DNA of 64,000 bases from the human T2T-CHM13v2.0 reference genome, Homo sapiens: the NCBI RefSeq assembly GCF_009914755.1, contig NC_060941.1. The stretch is one strand, 5' to 3'. Position numbers and translations under genes: made by a program. The notes under the pieces are model-generated. The model saw only the letters and a program-made list of their open reading frames with translations, was not told the DNA's origin and searched no databases. Within the stretch, counting starts at the first letter, position 1, and each line of letters starts with the position of its first letter. Positions 34,729-51,978 of the stretch are shown here, one piece after another.

Positions 34729-35000
34729 TGAGCATGGAGTTTGGGCGGGCCGTGTGGCTCCGCTTCCACCCGTCGGCCTATCCCCCGTGCCCTCACCCAA
34801 GCTTTGTGGCGCACTTGGGTGGCGTGGCCGTGGGCATCACCCTGGGCGTGGTGGTCCTGAGGAACTACGAGCAGAGGCTCCAGGACCAGTCACTGTGGTG
34901 GATTTTTGTGGCCATGTACACCGTCTTCGTGCTGTTCGCTGTCTTCTGGAACATCTTTGCCTACACCCTGCTGGACTTAAAGCTGCCGCCTCCCCCCTGA
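34729..35000 (+). CDS. RHBDL3: RHBDL3 last coding exon (SMEFGRAVW...AHLGG...LKLPPPP*), containing the catalytic His
   Basis: ccttgcAG acceptor. AHLGG motif with the His codon at 34812-34814, a final hydrophobic TM segment, and TGA at 34998-35000. Confidence 0.97.
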
Positions 35001-38000
35001 GGGCTGGAGGCCCAAGGTCGGGGAGGGGAGGGAAAAGCAGCACCCACAGGGAGCGCCTGCGAGGTTTCTTCTCATCACCAGCTCAGCTAGGCCGGGCAGA
35101 CAAGGACAGAAGACTCTGGGCCACTGTAATGTTTGTGTTTAGATTTGGACACACAGTGGAGACCCTTTTCTGAAAGGCATCTGGCGGAGGAGTTGATGTG
35201 GCTGCTGTCGTTTTTCTCGGCTGCTCTGATGACATCGGGCCAGGGTGAAGGTCTGGGGTGGGGTGTGAGAGTGGCCCTCCCTCACCTGGGCTGGGCTTCT
35301 TCCATGGGGCCAGGGGGTGCCCCCTCACTGCTGCGGATTGAGCAGCAGCTTCTTCCTCCTCCTCTACCCTCAGAGACCCTAAGAGACATGGGAAGGCTCG
35401 AAGGTTGTTGCGTCCAGGCATGGCCCCTCTCTAGCTCAGAAATAATTGCAGGCCATGTGGTGTCTCCTTGACACCTGCTGTGTCTGGGGCTCCAGTAAGA
35501 AGAGGGCCTACTGGACATGTCAGCTGTGACCTGGCTGAAACCAGGGTGCCCTCCTGGGCTGGTTGGTGTGCACCGGGGCATGATCTGTTGTGCCTGGGTT
35601 GGGCAGAGCAGGGAGCCTGTAGGCTCTAGGACCCCTCTTGTGCTGGGGGTACCCAGTGAGAGGGACCCATGCAGGGGGAATAAACTTCATTCCAAGTTCC
35701 ACCCTGGAGAAGACAGACCCAGGACCAGCTTCAGACTTCTCCCTCCCTTTCTTCCAGGATATTGGCATCTCACACGGGTGCCCCAGCCTCCATGCCCAGC
35801 CTTGTTTTAGGGTCTTTTTCTTTCCTTTTGCTGCCCTGACACTACTTTGTGCCTCTCTTTGGTTATGGAGACAGTGTTTTGAAACATTCATGCGTGTGTG
35901 TGTGTGTGTGCGTATATGTGTGTATGTGATGGGAAAGGTAACTGAGGCACGACAGCGCCTGCAGAGAAGGCATGGAGGATGCAGGGGGCCCATGTGGGCA
36001 TCCGTGAGAGGTGGCAGACCGTGGTGTGCTGTGGTTGCTGAATGTCCTTGCTTTGACAAAGCCTGCCCCCTTCCTTCCCATCTCCTGTCCCTTCCACACC
36101 TGCCCCTGAGCATCACTGACCGGTGGCAGAATGGCCCTGCTGGAGGGAGAGCTCAAGCCCTCCAAGGATCCCTGGATGCTGAGGTTTGCCAGGTTCAGCT
36201 CTTGTTTCCGTCTGAGATGGCCTTCATATCCAAAAAGGTTCCATCCTATCTCCCTTAGGAGAGAAAGAGCTTTGGGGGCGCAAGAGAGGCTGGGGTAGGA
36301 ATGTTGAGGCCATGTGTCCATTTAAGTTAGGGGGACAGGAGGCTACAGGAAGAGGAATTCCAGTTTAGTTGGAAAACTTTGCCTCAGGAGAATTGTTGGG
36401 TGCATGGATGAACCTCAGAGGGAGGGCAGCCAGTAGCCTCGGAGGCTTGGATGCGGGAGAGAACATGGTGGTTATCAAATCCACCCCACCCCATTACACA
36501 GGTGAGAAAACAAGATGGAGGGAATGACCCTCCTAACAGGAGCTGGTGCAGGCCCCGAATGGAGGGCATGAGGATGACCTTTGACAAAAGATGACACTCC
36601 CTTTATCGTGCTCTTGGAATTCTCAACCACTGACAGCCCAGAAGAACAAAGAACGCCAGGCCTGGGAGGAGGCAGGGGGGCTGGGCGTGTCCAGAAACAG
36701 GGGCAGGAGTGTGGGAACGGTCTTCCTCCAGCCTGGTGCCCATCCTGGCCCTTGAGTGTAGCAGGGTCCAGGGTCAGTCAGGCCAGGCATTTGGGGTCTT
36801 GGGCCACAGTGGCTTCCCATCCTGGTGACTACATGTAAATGGGCTCACTCACTCACTGGCAGGCGAGGCCCAGCCATACCGCATCTTGGCCCACTGCTAA
36901 ATAGATTGCCCTGGCCTCATCCACATATGTAGTTCCCTAGGTCCTGCTCCCCTGCACCAGTGCCATGCTGAGGGCCGCAGCCTGTGGCACTGTGGGCCCA
37001 CGCCTTTGGCGGTGTTGCGTCAGCCTGGGGCGTCTTGTGTGTGCCCTGCCCACCGTTCTCTGCCCTAGTGATAGAAAGATGTAGATGGAAGTCAGTGCCT
37101 CAGAGGAGGAGGCTCTGAGGCTGTGGAGCTGGGCTCAGGGAAGACCAGGGGAGGATGCAGAAGGAGTCAGGACATTGCTGCCTCTGCCTGGGCTGCAGCC
37201 GCACTAAGCTGAGCGATGAGGTCCTTTCCTGGAGGGATGGAGAATCCCCTCCAGATTCCTGTCCTGGCCCCTGGGGATTCTGTGGTGTGGGTGGAATGAG
37301 CAGAGTGCCACCTCTGTCTGGTATGACCTGGAGAGGGGGCTTCCTCTCTTAGGGGTGAGAAAGCATTGAACTAGAAGATTCTAGAAATCCCTCATAGAAG
37401 CACTCAGCTCCCTCGGGGACTCCCAGGGAAGCTTGTTACTGAGAAGGACAGTGGAGGCGGAATCGTGTCTCCCACCATGTTAAGTGTGTCCTCTGCTGCC
37501 AAGGACCCTCGTCTACACCTTAGACCACCAGCCCCAGCTGTTCTCTGTCAGCACACCCACCTCCATCCCCTCTCCCAACCATGACTTCCAAGCGGGGCCA
37601 CAGGGTGGGGTCATAGGGTCACTTCACCTGACCCAGGCCTCTCCCCAGGTCAGGAGGCAGCTGTCTGGTCAGAGGGGTTCTCTTTGTGGCATCTGGCTTT
37701 CTCCTCAGCAGGTCCCACCACCCTCTCAGCAGCACTTCCCCATGGCCAAGGCTGGCCGTGTCCTCTGTGCCTCTTTCCTTGTCTGAGGTGGCTGCCAGCC
37801 CAGGGGGTGGTGTGTAAATCTTCAGGCTGGTGGAGGTAGGTTGGCCTTTTATCCACAGGATACAGAAACTGAAAGCTGGGGAATCCCCAAACAGCAGCCA
37901 TAGACTCACTGGCTCTCATTAAACGGGAGAGGAATCACAGAAACTGGGGAAGGGAAAACAAACCTTCAAAGGAGAAATTTCGCTTTAATGACACCATTCA

Positions 38001-38430
38001 TCATTCGTTTTTTAATTAGGAAAAGCTCCCTAATGAGGCTCTTTTGCCAGCTAATAGGACTCTCGATTTCCATGAGAACCATTCTTGCCCAGAGGATTAG
38101 GGGAGCTGTTGCTCACCACACCAGGATCTTCCCCCAGCGTCCAATTTAATTTGCAAATACGTAATGCAGATTCCCTGGGTGCCGTGAAAGCCTTTCCTGG
38201 CATCATTCATGTTGCTCCCCGTGCTGGCTGGAAAGCACGGTTCTCCTCTGCCTTAAAAACAGTGCCCAACAGTGAACTGCCCCTCCGAGGACTTGAGTAA
38301 GTGGAAAAAACAAAACACAGACTGCAATGTTTGTTTCTAAGTATTTTTGTATTGTGTACATTCTGTATATTTTTGTTGTAACATATTATTTGAGCACAGA
38401 TTCCATTAAATATTTTTTTTCTTTTTCCAA
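35001..38430 (+). other. RHBDL3: RHBDL3 3'UTR (about 3.4 kb, Alu-free)
   Basis: Stretch lacking Alus after the stop codon, ending in an AT-rich block with several TGTA motifs and ATTAAA. The 3' end is inferred from the polyA signal. Confidence 0.75.
38405..38410 (+). terminator. Probable RHBDL3 polyadenylation signal ATTAAA
   Basis: ATTAAA preceded by multiple UGUA (CFIm-type) motifs at 38347-38381 and followed by a U-rich tract. Confidence 0.7.
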
Positions 38431-38619
38431 GCCATTGGTTATTCAGGAAGTGACCTGAAGGGCTGGCATTAGGGCCTGTTTCATCTGGGTCTGGGTCAGG
38501 ATGGGTGGGAGAGGGTGAACAGCAGCGGTGGTGGATCCAGGATTTCTATAAAATACAGATTGGGGCATCAGTGCTTAGCACCAGTCTGTAGCTGTGTGCA
38601 TCTTACTTAACTTTTCTCA

Positions 38620-38799
<180 letters not shown>

Positions 38800-38807
38800 C
38801 TATACTA

Positions 38808-38966
<159 letters not shown>

Positions 38967-39056
38967 TCAAACAAAACAAAACAAAAAAAACCAGGCCAGG
39001 CGCATTGGCTCACGCCTGTAATCCCAGCACTTTGGGACGCCGAAGTGGGCGGATCA

Positions 39057-39329
<273 letters not shown>

Positions 39330-39506
39330 CTATCCAAGAACAAACTTTAGAGTGCCATTAAGGCTAAAGGCCAAAGAACCCACTTCTGTTTACAGTGTGG
39401 AGATCCAACTTCCCTAGAAGGAGAAATCAGGATCCTCTCTGAGCATCAGTGCTCTTATAGGTCAACTTCAGGCTAAAGTACCTGAGCCATTTAAAGGCAA
39501 GCTCCT

Positions 39507-39964
<458 letters not shown>

Positions 39965-40115
39965 AAAGGCAAGCTCCTTGGAGAGCCAGAAGCTGTTGAA
40001 TTCTCTGCCTTTGCCTTCTCTCCCTTTTTCACTTTCCTGGTTCTTCCCTTCTATTAATACTAGATTTTCATTCTTCCACACATTAATAAGGCACTTCCCA
40101 ATAATAAGGTAATTA

Positions 40116-40238
<123 letters not shown>

Positions 40239-40296
40239 CTATACTAAAAATAAAAAATTAGCCAAGCATGGTGGTGCATGCCTGTAGTCCCAGCTA

Positions 40297-40760
<464 letters not shown>

Positions 40761-41078
40761 CTAGGCACTGAGGTAGGCATTTCCACAGCTACTTTATGTG
40801 AACTAGGTATAAATATCCCCCTATTTATACACAAGGGAAAAGGTTAGAGAAATTTAGTTACTTGCTGGTAGTATGTGGCACAGCTGGCTTCACACCCAAG
40901 ACTGGTGGTACCAAAGTTCATGCTGTCAGCCCTCAGGTATTTGCACAGGACTGTAAGGGCACTAAGCATGTGCAGGCCTCAGGGTCTTTGTTTAAAGATC
41001 CATCTCATTGCATTAGGCCTGGGGCCATCCAGTAACAGGAATGAACCTCGGGACATTCACTCAGAGTTCATGTAATAG

Positions 41079-41312
<234 letters not shown>

Positions 41313-42227
41313 TAGTAGAGATGGGGTTTCTCCATGTTGGCCAGGCTGGTCTCGAACTCCCGACCTCAGGTGATCTGCTCGCCTCAGCCTCCCAAAGTGC
41401 TGGGATTACAGGCATGAGCCACCGTGCCTGGCCTATTTCTTTATATTTGAGAGAGGGTCTTGCTCTGTTGCCCAGGTTGGAGTGTAGTGGTAGTCATAGC
41501 TCAGTTACTTTGAGCTCCTGGGCTCAAGCGATCTTCCAGCCTCAGCCTCCTGAGTAGCTGGGACTATAGGCACATACCACCAGGTCCTGCTAATTTTATT
41601 TTTTGTAGAGATGGCATTTCACTGTGTTGCCAGGCTGGTCTTGAACTCTTAGGCTCATGCAGTCCTCCTGCCTTGGCCTCTCAAAGTGCTGGGATTACAG
41701 GCCTGAGCCACCACATCCAGCCACATTTAGGAACTTTAGCAATTAAGAGAACTGGACTGCCCTCTCAGACCTCCAAGTGGAAAGACTTCATTGAAGTCAG
41801 CAGGGTTTCCATTAAGTGAGAAGACACACTGTTAGGAAAGTGTGGTCCTAGTAACTGCATCTTATTTCCAAGAAGCCCGCAGGCTTTCCTGGCACCTGGT
41901 CTAAGGGATCCTCTGGTAGAGGACAGGCATTCTGTCATGGTGAATAATGAATGAGAGTGAAAGGAAGTAACTTGGGTTATTGAGTTCTATGAGTATAACT
42001 CTACTGGACAATGAATAAAACATTGTGAGGGAAATTGCTCTTAGATTCTGCTTGATGCCTCCTGCAAGAAGCAGAAAGGTGTGTATCCCAGCAAGTGATT
42101 TGATCTTCTTCAACAAATTCCTTAGTATAGCAAGTATAATTTCCTCACAACCTTGTTGGGAATACAAATGTTAGGCTTGAGGACTGAGCTCATTAAACAA
42201 AAACAACTGTCTTGATGAGAAGCTAAG

Positions 42228-42233
42228 TTTTAT
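42228..42233 (-). terminator. Candidate distal C17orf75 polyA signal AATAAA (other candidates at 44260-44265 and 45380-45385)
   Basis: AATAAA on the - strand with upstream TGTA motifs and a downstream GU/U-rich element (gttgtttttgttt). Confidence 0.6.
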
Positions 42234-42379
42234 TATTATAATTACAAATTAATTACAGAGAAACTGAAGCCATTCTTCATACATGACAAACATACATTTC
42301 CTCTGTGTGTACAGCACACAAGTAATATACACAAATATATTCCATGTCTGAACAAATCCTTTTTAAAACTTTAAAAGCT

Positions 42380-43137
<758 letters not shown>

Positions 43138-43512
43138 AGACTTACTTTTTTTAAAATAAGACTACCAGAGGCCGGGTGCAGTGGCTCAGTTTGGGAGGCC
43201 AAGGTGGGAGGATTGCTTGAGTCCAAGAGTTTAAGACCAGTCTGAGCAACATAGTGAGACCCCATTTCATTAAAAAAAAAAAAAGATAAAATAAGACTAT
43301 CATATAGAGCTGTGTAATGTAGTGAGCCTACATTACAAAAATATATACAACCACACAGAGAATATGTAATTACACCTTGCCTATATCCATAAATGATTTG
43401 AAGCAGGTAACACATTTGCTTTTAAATGCCATTTACAACATAGACTCTTGAATGACATGAATTTGAAAATGAAGTATTTTTTCAGACTTAAAACGTTGAT
43501 GTGCTAATGTAG

Positions 43513-43923
<411 letters not shown>

Positions 43924-44389
43924 TAATACTATGAAAAATGCTACTTAGATTTTTTTCTATACTGCCTACATTCCAAGTTATTAAAGTTTAAAACCGTATG
44001 AAAGCATTTATGAAGATTCTGAATTGTATTTCTCATTAAAAGAAAAGAAATGTGAGTCATGTCCCGAGGCTTATGTAGAGGAGAAAGCAGAAGGCCATTG
44101 TCAGTCATTTTGAAAGTTAAAACTCAGCACTTAATGTGAATTTAGATCCATTTAAGAGAGGATTCCTCAGTTTTATGGGTTTGTGCTCCTCTGAGCATCC
44201 TCAGGGAAGTGAGAACACAAGACTTCTGTTCTTCTAAGCAAAAATCATTATCAAATGAATTTATTAAAGAGCTATCCCGAGCAAATTGCAATTGTATGTA
44301 TGTAGCTACATAGGCTTCCATGGGAATTGTAAATGGCTAGCTGAGGGCACTTTCAATTGATTCAGAGTAAAACAATCTGAGGCTTGTAA

Positions 44390-44855
<466 letters not shown>

Positions 44856-45533
44856 TGATCTGCCCGCCTCAGCCTCCCAAAGTGCTGGGATTACAGGCTT
44901 GAGCCACTGCGCCCAGCTCAAAGATAATATTTTATCTTGAAGCTAGTGCATCGATTTGTAAAGCTCATTTAATTTTCTACATACTCAGGATTTGCATATT
45001 GACTTAAAATCTGACTTTATCATCCATGCCGTTATCAACTAGACAAAAAAATGTATCAAGCACCCACAGGATGCACAGATCTATCTCTGAACTGGTGTAG
45101 TGGTATTAATCTGTTCTAAGACTAGAATTACATTTTTTTTTTTAAGAAGCTACAGTCCACTGAAAAGGAAGTATTATGGTTTTTCTGAGAAGAAAAGTTG
45201 CTAAATACTGCAGCAAACTCAGGCTTTTCCTGAGAAAAGCCACAAACAAAATCATCTCTGAAATTTTTTAAGCAACAACTTCCTGAAGCGTGGAATTTAT
45301 GGGGCCAGTGAGACACTAAAATTTCACAACTCTCACATACATTATCTATCTAGGACTCAGTGAAGATGTTCTTCAGATTTTTATTTAAGTTAAATTGGTA
45401 AAATACAAAAAGAAAATCTGGATTGAGTTTCAAATCATCTTAAATAGCAATCCTATGAACAATTATAACTGCAATTTCAAACACTAAGACTTAAATATAC
45501 AACTTGATCATACAATTATCTCAAAACATATGA

Positions 45534-45749
45534 TCAAAAACTTTGGTCAAGAGCTTCTTTCATGAATTCTTCAAGGACAGCTATCACATTTTTGGCTTCA
45601 GGCATTTCTTCATGTTCCACTTTAACAATCTTCAAAAGTATATCTCCACTACCACAGTTCTTTAGGAACATGTAACATTTAAACAAAGCATAATGATTCA
45701 TTTCTGCCTGTCGGATAAATCTCTTCAAATTGTTTGTGTCTTGTATGGC
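45534..45749 (-). CDS. C17orf75: C17orf75 last coding exon (AIQDTNNLKRF...EALDQSF*)
   Basis: ttttctAG acceptor and TGA stop. The ten exons sum to 1191 nt, which is 396 aa plus stop. Confidence 0.95.
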   Translation of the reverse strand, partial: AIQDTNNLKRFIRQAEMNHYALFKCYMFLKNCGSGDILLKIVKVEHEEMPEAKNVIAVLEEFMKEALDQSF

Positions 45750-45869
45750 CTAGAAAATGATTACCCAGTTAAAAATGTGTTAAGTGAAATAATAATGAAG
45801 CTCAAAAAATAACTCCTATCCAGCTGAGAACTCAACATATCTTCCTGAATTGTTTGCTTTTCATATTAA

Positions 45870-46231
<362 letters not shown>

Positions 46232-47187
46232 TAAAAATACTTTAAAATAATCTACCTAGCATGGTGGCTCATGTCTGTAATCCCAACACTTTGGGAGCCC
46301 CAGGCAAAAGGATTGCCTAAGGGCCGGTAGTTTGAGACTAGCCTGGGCAACACAGCAAGACCCCGTCTCTACAAAAAATAAAAATAATTAGCTGAGTGTG
46401 GTGGTGCACACCTGTAGTTCCAGCTACTCAGGAGGCTGAGACAGGAAGACTGCTTGAACCCAGGAGGTTAAGGCTGCAGTAAGCCATGATTGCACCACTG
46501 CACTCTAGCCTGAGTGACAGAGTAAGATTCTGTCTCTTAAAACAAACAAACAAAACTAAATAAGGTGACAACACGTCCCCATCAGAATTTTTTTTTTTTA
46601 GACAGAGTCTCACTCTGTCACCTAGGTCGGAGTGCAGTGGCACAATCTGGGCTCACTGCAACCTCTGCCTCCTGGGTTCAAGCAATTTTCGTGCCTCAGC
46701 CACCTGACATAGCCAGGATTACAGGCATGCGCCACCAGGCCCAGCTAATTTTTATAATTTTAGTAGAGAAAGGGTTTTGCCATGTTGGCCAGGCTGGTCT
46801 TGAACTCCTGGCCTCAAGCAATCCACCTGCCATGGTCTCCCAAAGTGCTGGGATTACAGGGGTGAGCCACTGCGCCCAGCCCCCATCAGAATTTTGAAAA
46901 CTTAGCCACTGAACCAGTTTTTTTGTGCTTTCCAACTAAGTTAAGTCACAAATTGTAAGACTGATGTTCCTTAAATATAAGCAAGCATTCAACCCAATTT
47001 ATTAGAAATGATATGTATACAGAAGCTGCCAAAAAATAAAGTAAATGTCTTCTGATAATTCCAGTTTTGAGAACATCCTAATTAACAGACATCACAGCTA
47101 TAAAGCAATTTGTTACTCTGTCACTGGTACTAATTAAAATTCAGACAAAAATTTCATGTGGCACTTGGCACACAGCCAACTAATTAC

Positions 47188-47291
47188 CTTTAGTTTAAAG
47201 TTCTCCAGTACTTGTCGGAAAAGAAAAGGGTTACCTCCTTTGGCACCATTTAAAAAAGCTTGCATCCAATCCTCACAAAACCGGTTACTTC
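47188..47291 (-). CDS. C17orf75: C17orf75 exon 9 (SNRFCEDWMQ...ENFKLK, 104 nt)
   Basis: gttttatAG acceptor, AAG|GTAATT donor. Confidence 0.93.
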
Positions 47292-48239
47292 CTATAAAAC
47301 ATTTCAGAGAGACTAAATAAAATGAAATTTTACAAAGCTTTATTTATTTATTTATTTGAGACGGGAGATTCGCTCTTGTTGCCCGGCTGGAGTGCAGCCG
47401 GAGTACTAACTATATCGTTAGTAGAGATGGGGTTTCACCATATTGGCCAGGCTGGTCTCAAACTCCTGACCTCAGATGATCCACCTGCCTCAGCCTCCCA
47501 AAGTGCTGGGATTACATGTGTGAGCCACTGCGCCTGACCCATTTATTTCTTTATAAAAACACCTATAATGAATTATTTAAGACATGTATAATGGCCTAAA
47601 AAAACAGTGTGCTCACCACATGGCTAAGGAATACCAAAATGGCTGAAGCCCCCTGTATGCCCCTTCCCAATCACATCCCCCTTCCTTTCCCATCAGAGAG
47701 GATAATCATTCCCACAGACGTCTTTAAACTTTTCCCATATACCTTTGCACGTGTAAGCCTTATCTACATTATTCTGCATATGTTAAAACTTTTATGTATT
47801 TTTTCTTTTATGGCTATTTCACTAAATAGTATGTTTGAGAGCTATATTGACACAAGTAGCTCTAGTTCATTCTTTTTCACTGCTCTGTTATATTCCATTG
47901 CATGAATATAGCAGCTTATCAGTTTTCTTGTTGATAAACACTTAAATTGCTTCCAATTCCTTGCTTTTTCAAGTAATGCCTTTATGGACATTTTAAAATT
48001 CATCTCCTTGTGTACACATACTAGAATTTCTTTATGTACCTAGGTGTGGAATTGCTAGGCATGGCATGATTTCCATGTTTCTAGAATTATATTGTTTTCA
48101 CCAAGTGGTTTCTCATGGTTTGAGATAACCATGTAAAACTGCACAAGGCAGGAAGAATAAGGTTGTATCATAGGCTCTCAGTGCAAAGATGGGGACTCGC
48201 AAGAGATGTAGGAAGGCTGCTTCAGAGGTTGTAGCTCAC

Positions 48240-48376
48240 CTGCATTGCAGAACTGAGGCTGGGAGCTGCTGCAATCGATGACCACAGACTTATGCTGCTC
48301 CTCTGTCATGGCCATGCACAAAGAAGTCATGGTGCCTTCATGAATAAGTCCTTGAAGACTGGCCACACTCAGAAAC
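48240..48376 (-). CDS. C17orf75: C17orf75 exon 8 (FLSVASLQG...QFCNA, 137 nt)
   Basis: tgtgtgtgtggcAG acceptor, CAG|GTGAGC donor. Within ORF 48178..48405. Confidence 0.93.
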
Positions 48377-48545
48377 CTGCCACACACACAAGTCCATTTC
48401 CACAAACAATATTGCAGGACGGAAGGATGAAAACAAATTTATTTTGCACTGGGCTGGTGGGGAAGGGATGGAAGGAGCAGTTTACAAACACAGATGTCAA
48501 TCTTGCTGTGGAAAAGCTTTTCTCTTTGAAAAAACTGTTCTTTAC

Positions 48546-48610
48546 CTGTTAATGTCTCTCTTTGTTTTTTCATCTGATTCTTTAACTTCAACAGGAGTGT
48601 AACTCAAAGC
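48546..48610 (-). CDS. C17orf75: C17orf75 exon 7 (ALSYTPVEVK...RDIN, 65 nt)
   Basis: tctctcatAG acceptor, AG|GTAAAG donor. Confidence 0.93.
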
Positions 48611-49093
48611 CTATGAGAGAAAAATAAAGCCTGATTGGTACATATATTCCAGTTTTTCTTGAGCAGCTACTCATGACTAAATGTCCCCATAAGTCCCTAC
48701 CACACTGGACAACAATTGATGGGCACTGGTCACAAGCTCTCCAGAGCCTTGTTCAGCCACTGCTCATTAACATTTTATAGAATCAAAATTGCTCTGGATT
48801 TTTGTTTTCCTTTTCAAATTGTTTTGGAAACTATACCTTTCCCAGATCACTTGGAAAAGTAATTATTTTAAAATGTTTTATCCTATTAGGAAGACTCAGC
48901 ATTTGAAATTCAACTCTACCTTAGTAATATCACTTTCTAGATCTGAGAAAATAAAGTGTGGTCTATCTTGATAGCAAGCATAGTTTGAATATTTGGGGAG
49001 GGATGGGAGTCATGTTCAGAGAAAATGAGTATGTTTCTAAATCATCCAAAGTGATTCTCAGTTAAGGAAATGCTCTCATTTGGCAGTACTTAC

Positions 49094-49213
49094 AGCATGT
49101 AGCAGAAAGGTAAGCTTTTCCTGAAAGAGAAGAACAACCCTTTGGATTGGGCATACAACATCCTCAAACCAGCTGCTCAGATAGGATTTTATGTGACTCT
49201 CCAGGCCCCTTGC
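49094..49213 (-). CDS. C17orf75: C17orf75 exon 6 (ARGLESHIKS...TFLLHA, 120 nt)
   Basis: gatttAG acceptor, GCT|GTAAGT donor, phase 0/0. Confidence 0.93.
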
Positions 49214-49835
49214 CTAAATCAAGAAAGAACATCATTTGCTTTAATATAAGCCTTTCCTTTAGTGGACTTCATATTTTCTTCATCATATCCTTGATGGTGA
49301 AAAAGACCAGGATAGACACCTCCCTTTTTAAAGCTAACACCACCAATTCAAAAAAAGAAATTGTGATATACCTTTCCTGGCTTGTTGGGCAGGGTGAGGG
49401 TTAAATCTGTACTGAATTTATTTAAAACACACCAAGAAATGCATTCTATAAAATGAAGAGACTGAATAGGGTTCCATGCTATTTCTTCACAGGGAAGAGT
49501 TGGGCACTCACAAGTCCCTCTCCTCCCACTGTACTGTGCACTCAATGGAGATACTCACTCAATAATCCTCATTTCCCTGGCACCTGTGGTACAGTGTCTA
49601 AAACATGCATAGTATGAGCTTATTAAGTGCCTTTTGAATTAGTCATGTAGATAGAGAATTCATTCGTATTCAGAATGTGAATGGGGAAGGATACAAGTAA
49701 CTCATCAAAGCACTCCACTCCACTCCAGATGTCAGACATGCTACCGTGAGCACATCTGGCTTTCTAGGCTATACTGCTCCCTGAAGACTAGTGTCACACA
49801 CGAAGAGCTCTAGTCCGGGAGAACAACTCTATTAG

Positions 49836-50303
<468 letters not shown>

Positions 50304-51347
50304 TAAGTTGATATGGATATGCCTAATTCATAAAAGATCAATTAATGAAAATAGAATGTTTTTAAGAATCTTTGATGTTTAGTTCAAGAACAGCCATACT
50401 ATTGCATAGCATGTCTTTGGTGCCAGAGGCTGCATGGACCAGTACTTCTGACCATAATATAAATCTTATATGCCTAGAAATCAGGAAAAGGACATCCTCT
50501 TCCTCGCCAGGCATGTTACTACATGCCATTGAATAGATCGAATTTTTCATAGATACAAAACATCAGACGTAGTCTTGTGAAACTTTCAGCACTTACAGGA
50601 CTATGTTTCCTGTATCCCTTTAAGATCACCTGTAGGCTGGGTGCAGTGGTTCATACCTGTAATCCCAGCACTTTGGGAGGCCGAGGCAGGTGGATTACTT
50701 GAGCTCAGCAGTTCAAGAGTTCAAGACAAGCCTGGGCAATATGGCAAAACCCCACCTCTACCAAAAATACAATTAGCTGGGCATGGTGGTGCATGCCTGT
50801 GGTACCAGCTACTTGGGAGGCTGAGGTGGGAGGATCGCTGGAGCCCAGAAAAGGCTGCAGTAAGCCATGATCGTGCCACTGCACTCCAGCCTGGGTGATA
50901 GAGTGAGACCCTATCTCAAAAAATGAAAAAGAAAAAGAAACCACCTGTAGGCTGGGCACAATGGCTCGTGTCTGTAATCTCAGCACTTTGGGTGGCTGAG
51001 GAGGGAGGATTGCTTGAGGCCAGGAATCCTAGACCAGCCTGGGCAACAAAGTGAGATCCCCATCTCGACAAAAAATACCAAAAGTTAGCCAGGCGTGTTG
51101 GTATTTGCCTGTAGTCCCAGCTGTTTAGGAGGCTGAGGCGAGAAGACTGCTTGAGCCCCAAGAAGCTGAGGCTGCAGTGAGCCTGATCGCGCCACTGCCC
51201 TGCAGCCTGGGCAACAAAGCAAGACCCTGTCTAAAAAAAAAAAAAATTCACCTCTCTACTAGCTCACAAGGTGGCAAGTTTCTAGAATACAGGCGTCTTT
51301 GTGTCTACCTATATGATTTGACAAGTAGAGCAATCACAGTATATTAA

Positions 51348-51515
<168 letters not shown>

Positions 51516-51667
51516 TAGTAGAGATGAAGTTTCATCATATTGACCAGGCTGGTCTCTGACCTTGTGATCTGCCCACCTCGGCCTCCCAAAGTGCTGGGAT
51601 TACAGGCGTGAGCCACTGAGCCTGGCCCCATTTCAGTCTTTAAAAACCATTAAGTCAGTCACCTTAC

Positions 51668-51725
51668 CTCACAATTCATGTTATTTTTCAGCCCTTGAAT
51701 GTACTTGTCCAATTCAAGCCTGAAA
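51668..51725 (-). CDS. C17orf75: C17orf75 exon 5 (FRLELDKYIQGLKNNMNCE, 58 nt)
   Basis: Preceded by the catAC U12 acceptor; GAG|GTAAGG donor. Confidence 0.92.
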
Positions 51726-51978
51726 GTATGTTCTTAAGGAAGCAATAAAGGATGAATAATGAAGACAGTATTTCATCTCTCAACAAGAAATATAAAATCT
51801 CTCAAATAATGTGAGCTGCAAATGCAAACAAGCCAAGGCAAAATGGCCACATGAAGGTATGAAATTCAACTAAATACACGAGGAGTAGAAAAGCTTTTTG
51901 GAGGTTGGTAGTAATATTCTTCCACCTGCCTTCCCATGTTTTCCTTCCTGATGTTCTCAAAAACCAAAGAAAGGATAT
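51726..51978 (-). other. C17orf75: U12-type (minor spliceosome) AT-AC intron, 253 nt
   Basis: 5'SS ATATCCTTT, branch site TTCCTTAAG (51741-51733), terminal AC. Splicing at these ends restores the frame GLE-L-FRLE. Confidence 0.93.

Noticed and set aside
35856-35866. TCTTTGGTTAT, identical to the first 11 nt of miR-9-5p
   Set aside because: It is in the same sense as the miRNA, so it is not a target site. There is no hairpin and the match stops at 11 nt, so it is probably chance.
35083-37919. Many overlapping 100-206 aa ORFs on both strands in the RHBDL3 3'UTR
   Set aside because: GC-rich, stop-poor sequence and a TG repeat explain them; no recognisable domain.
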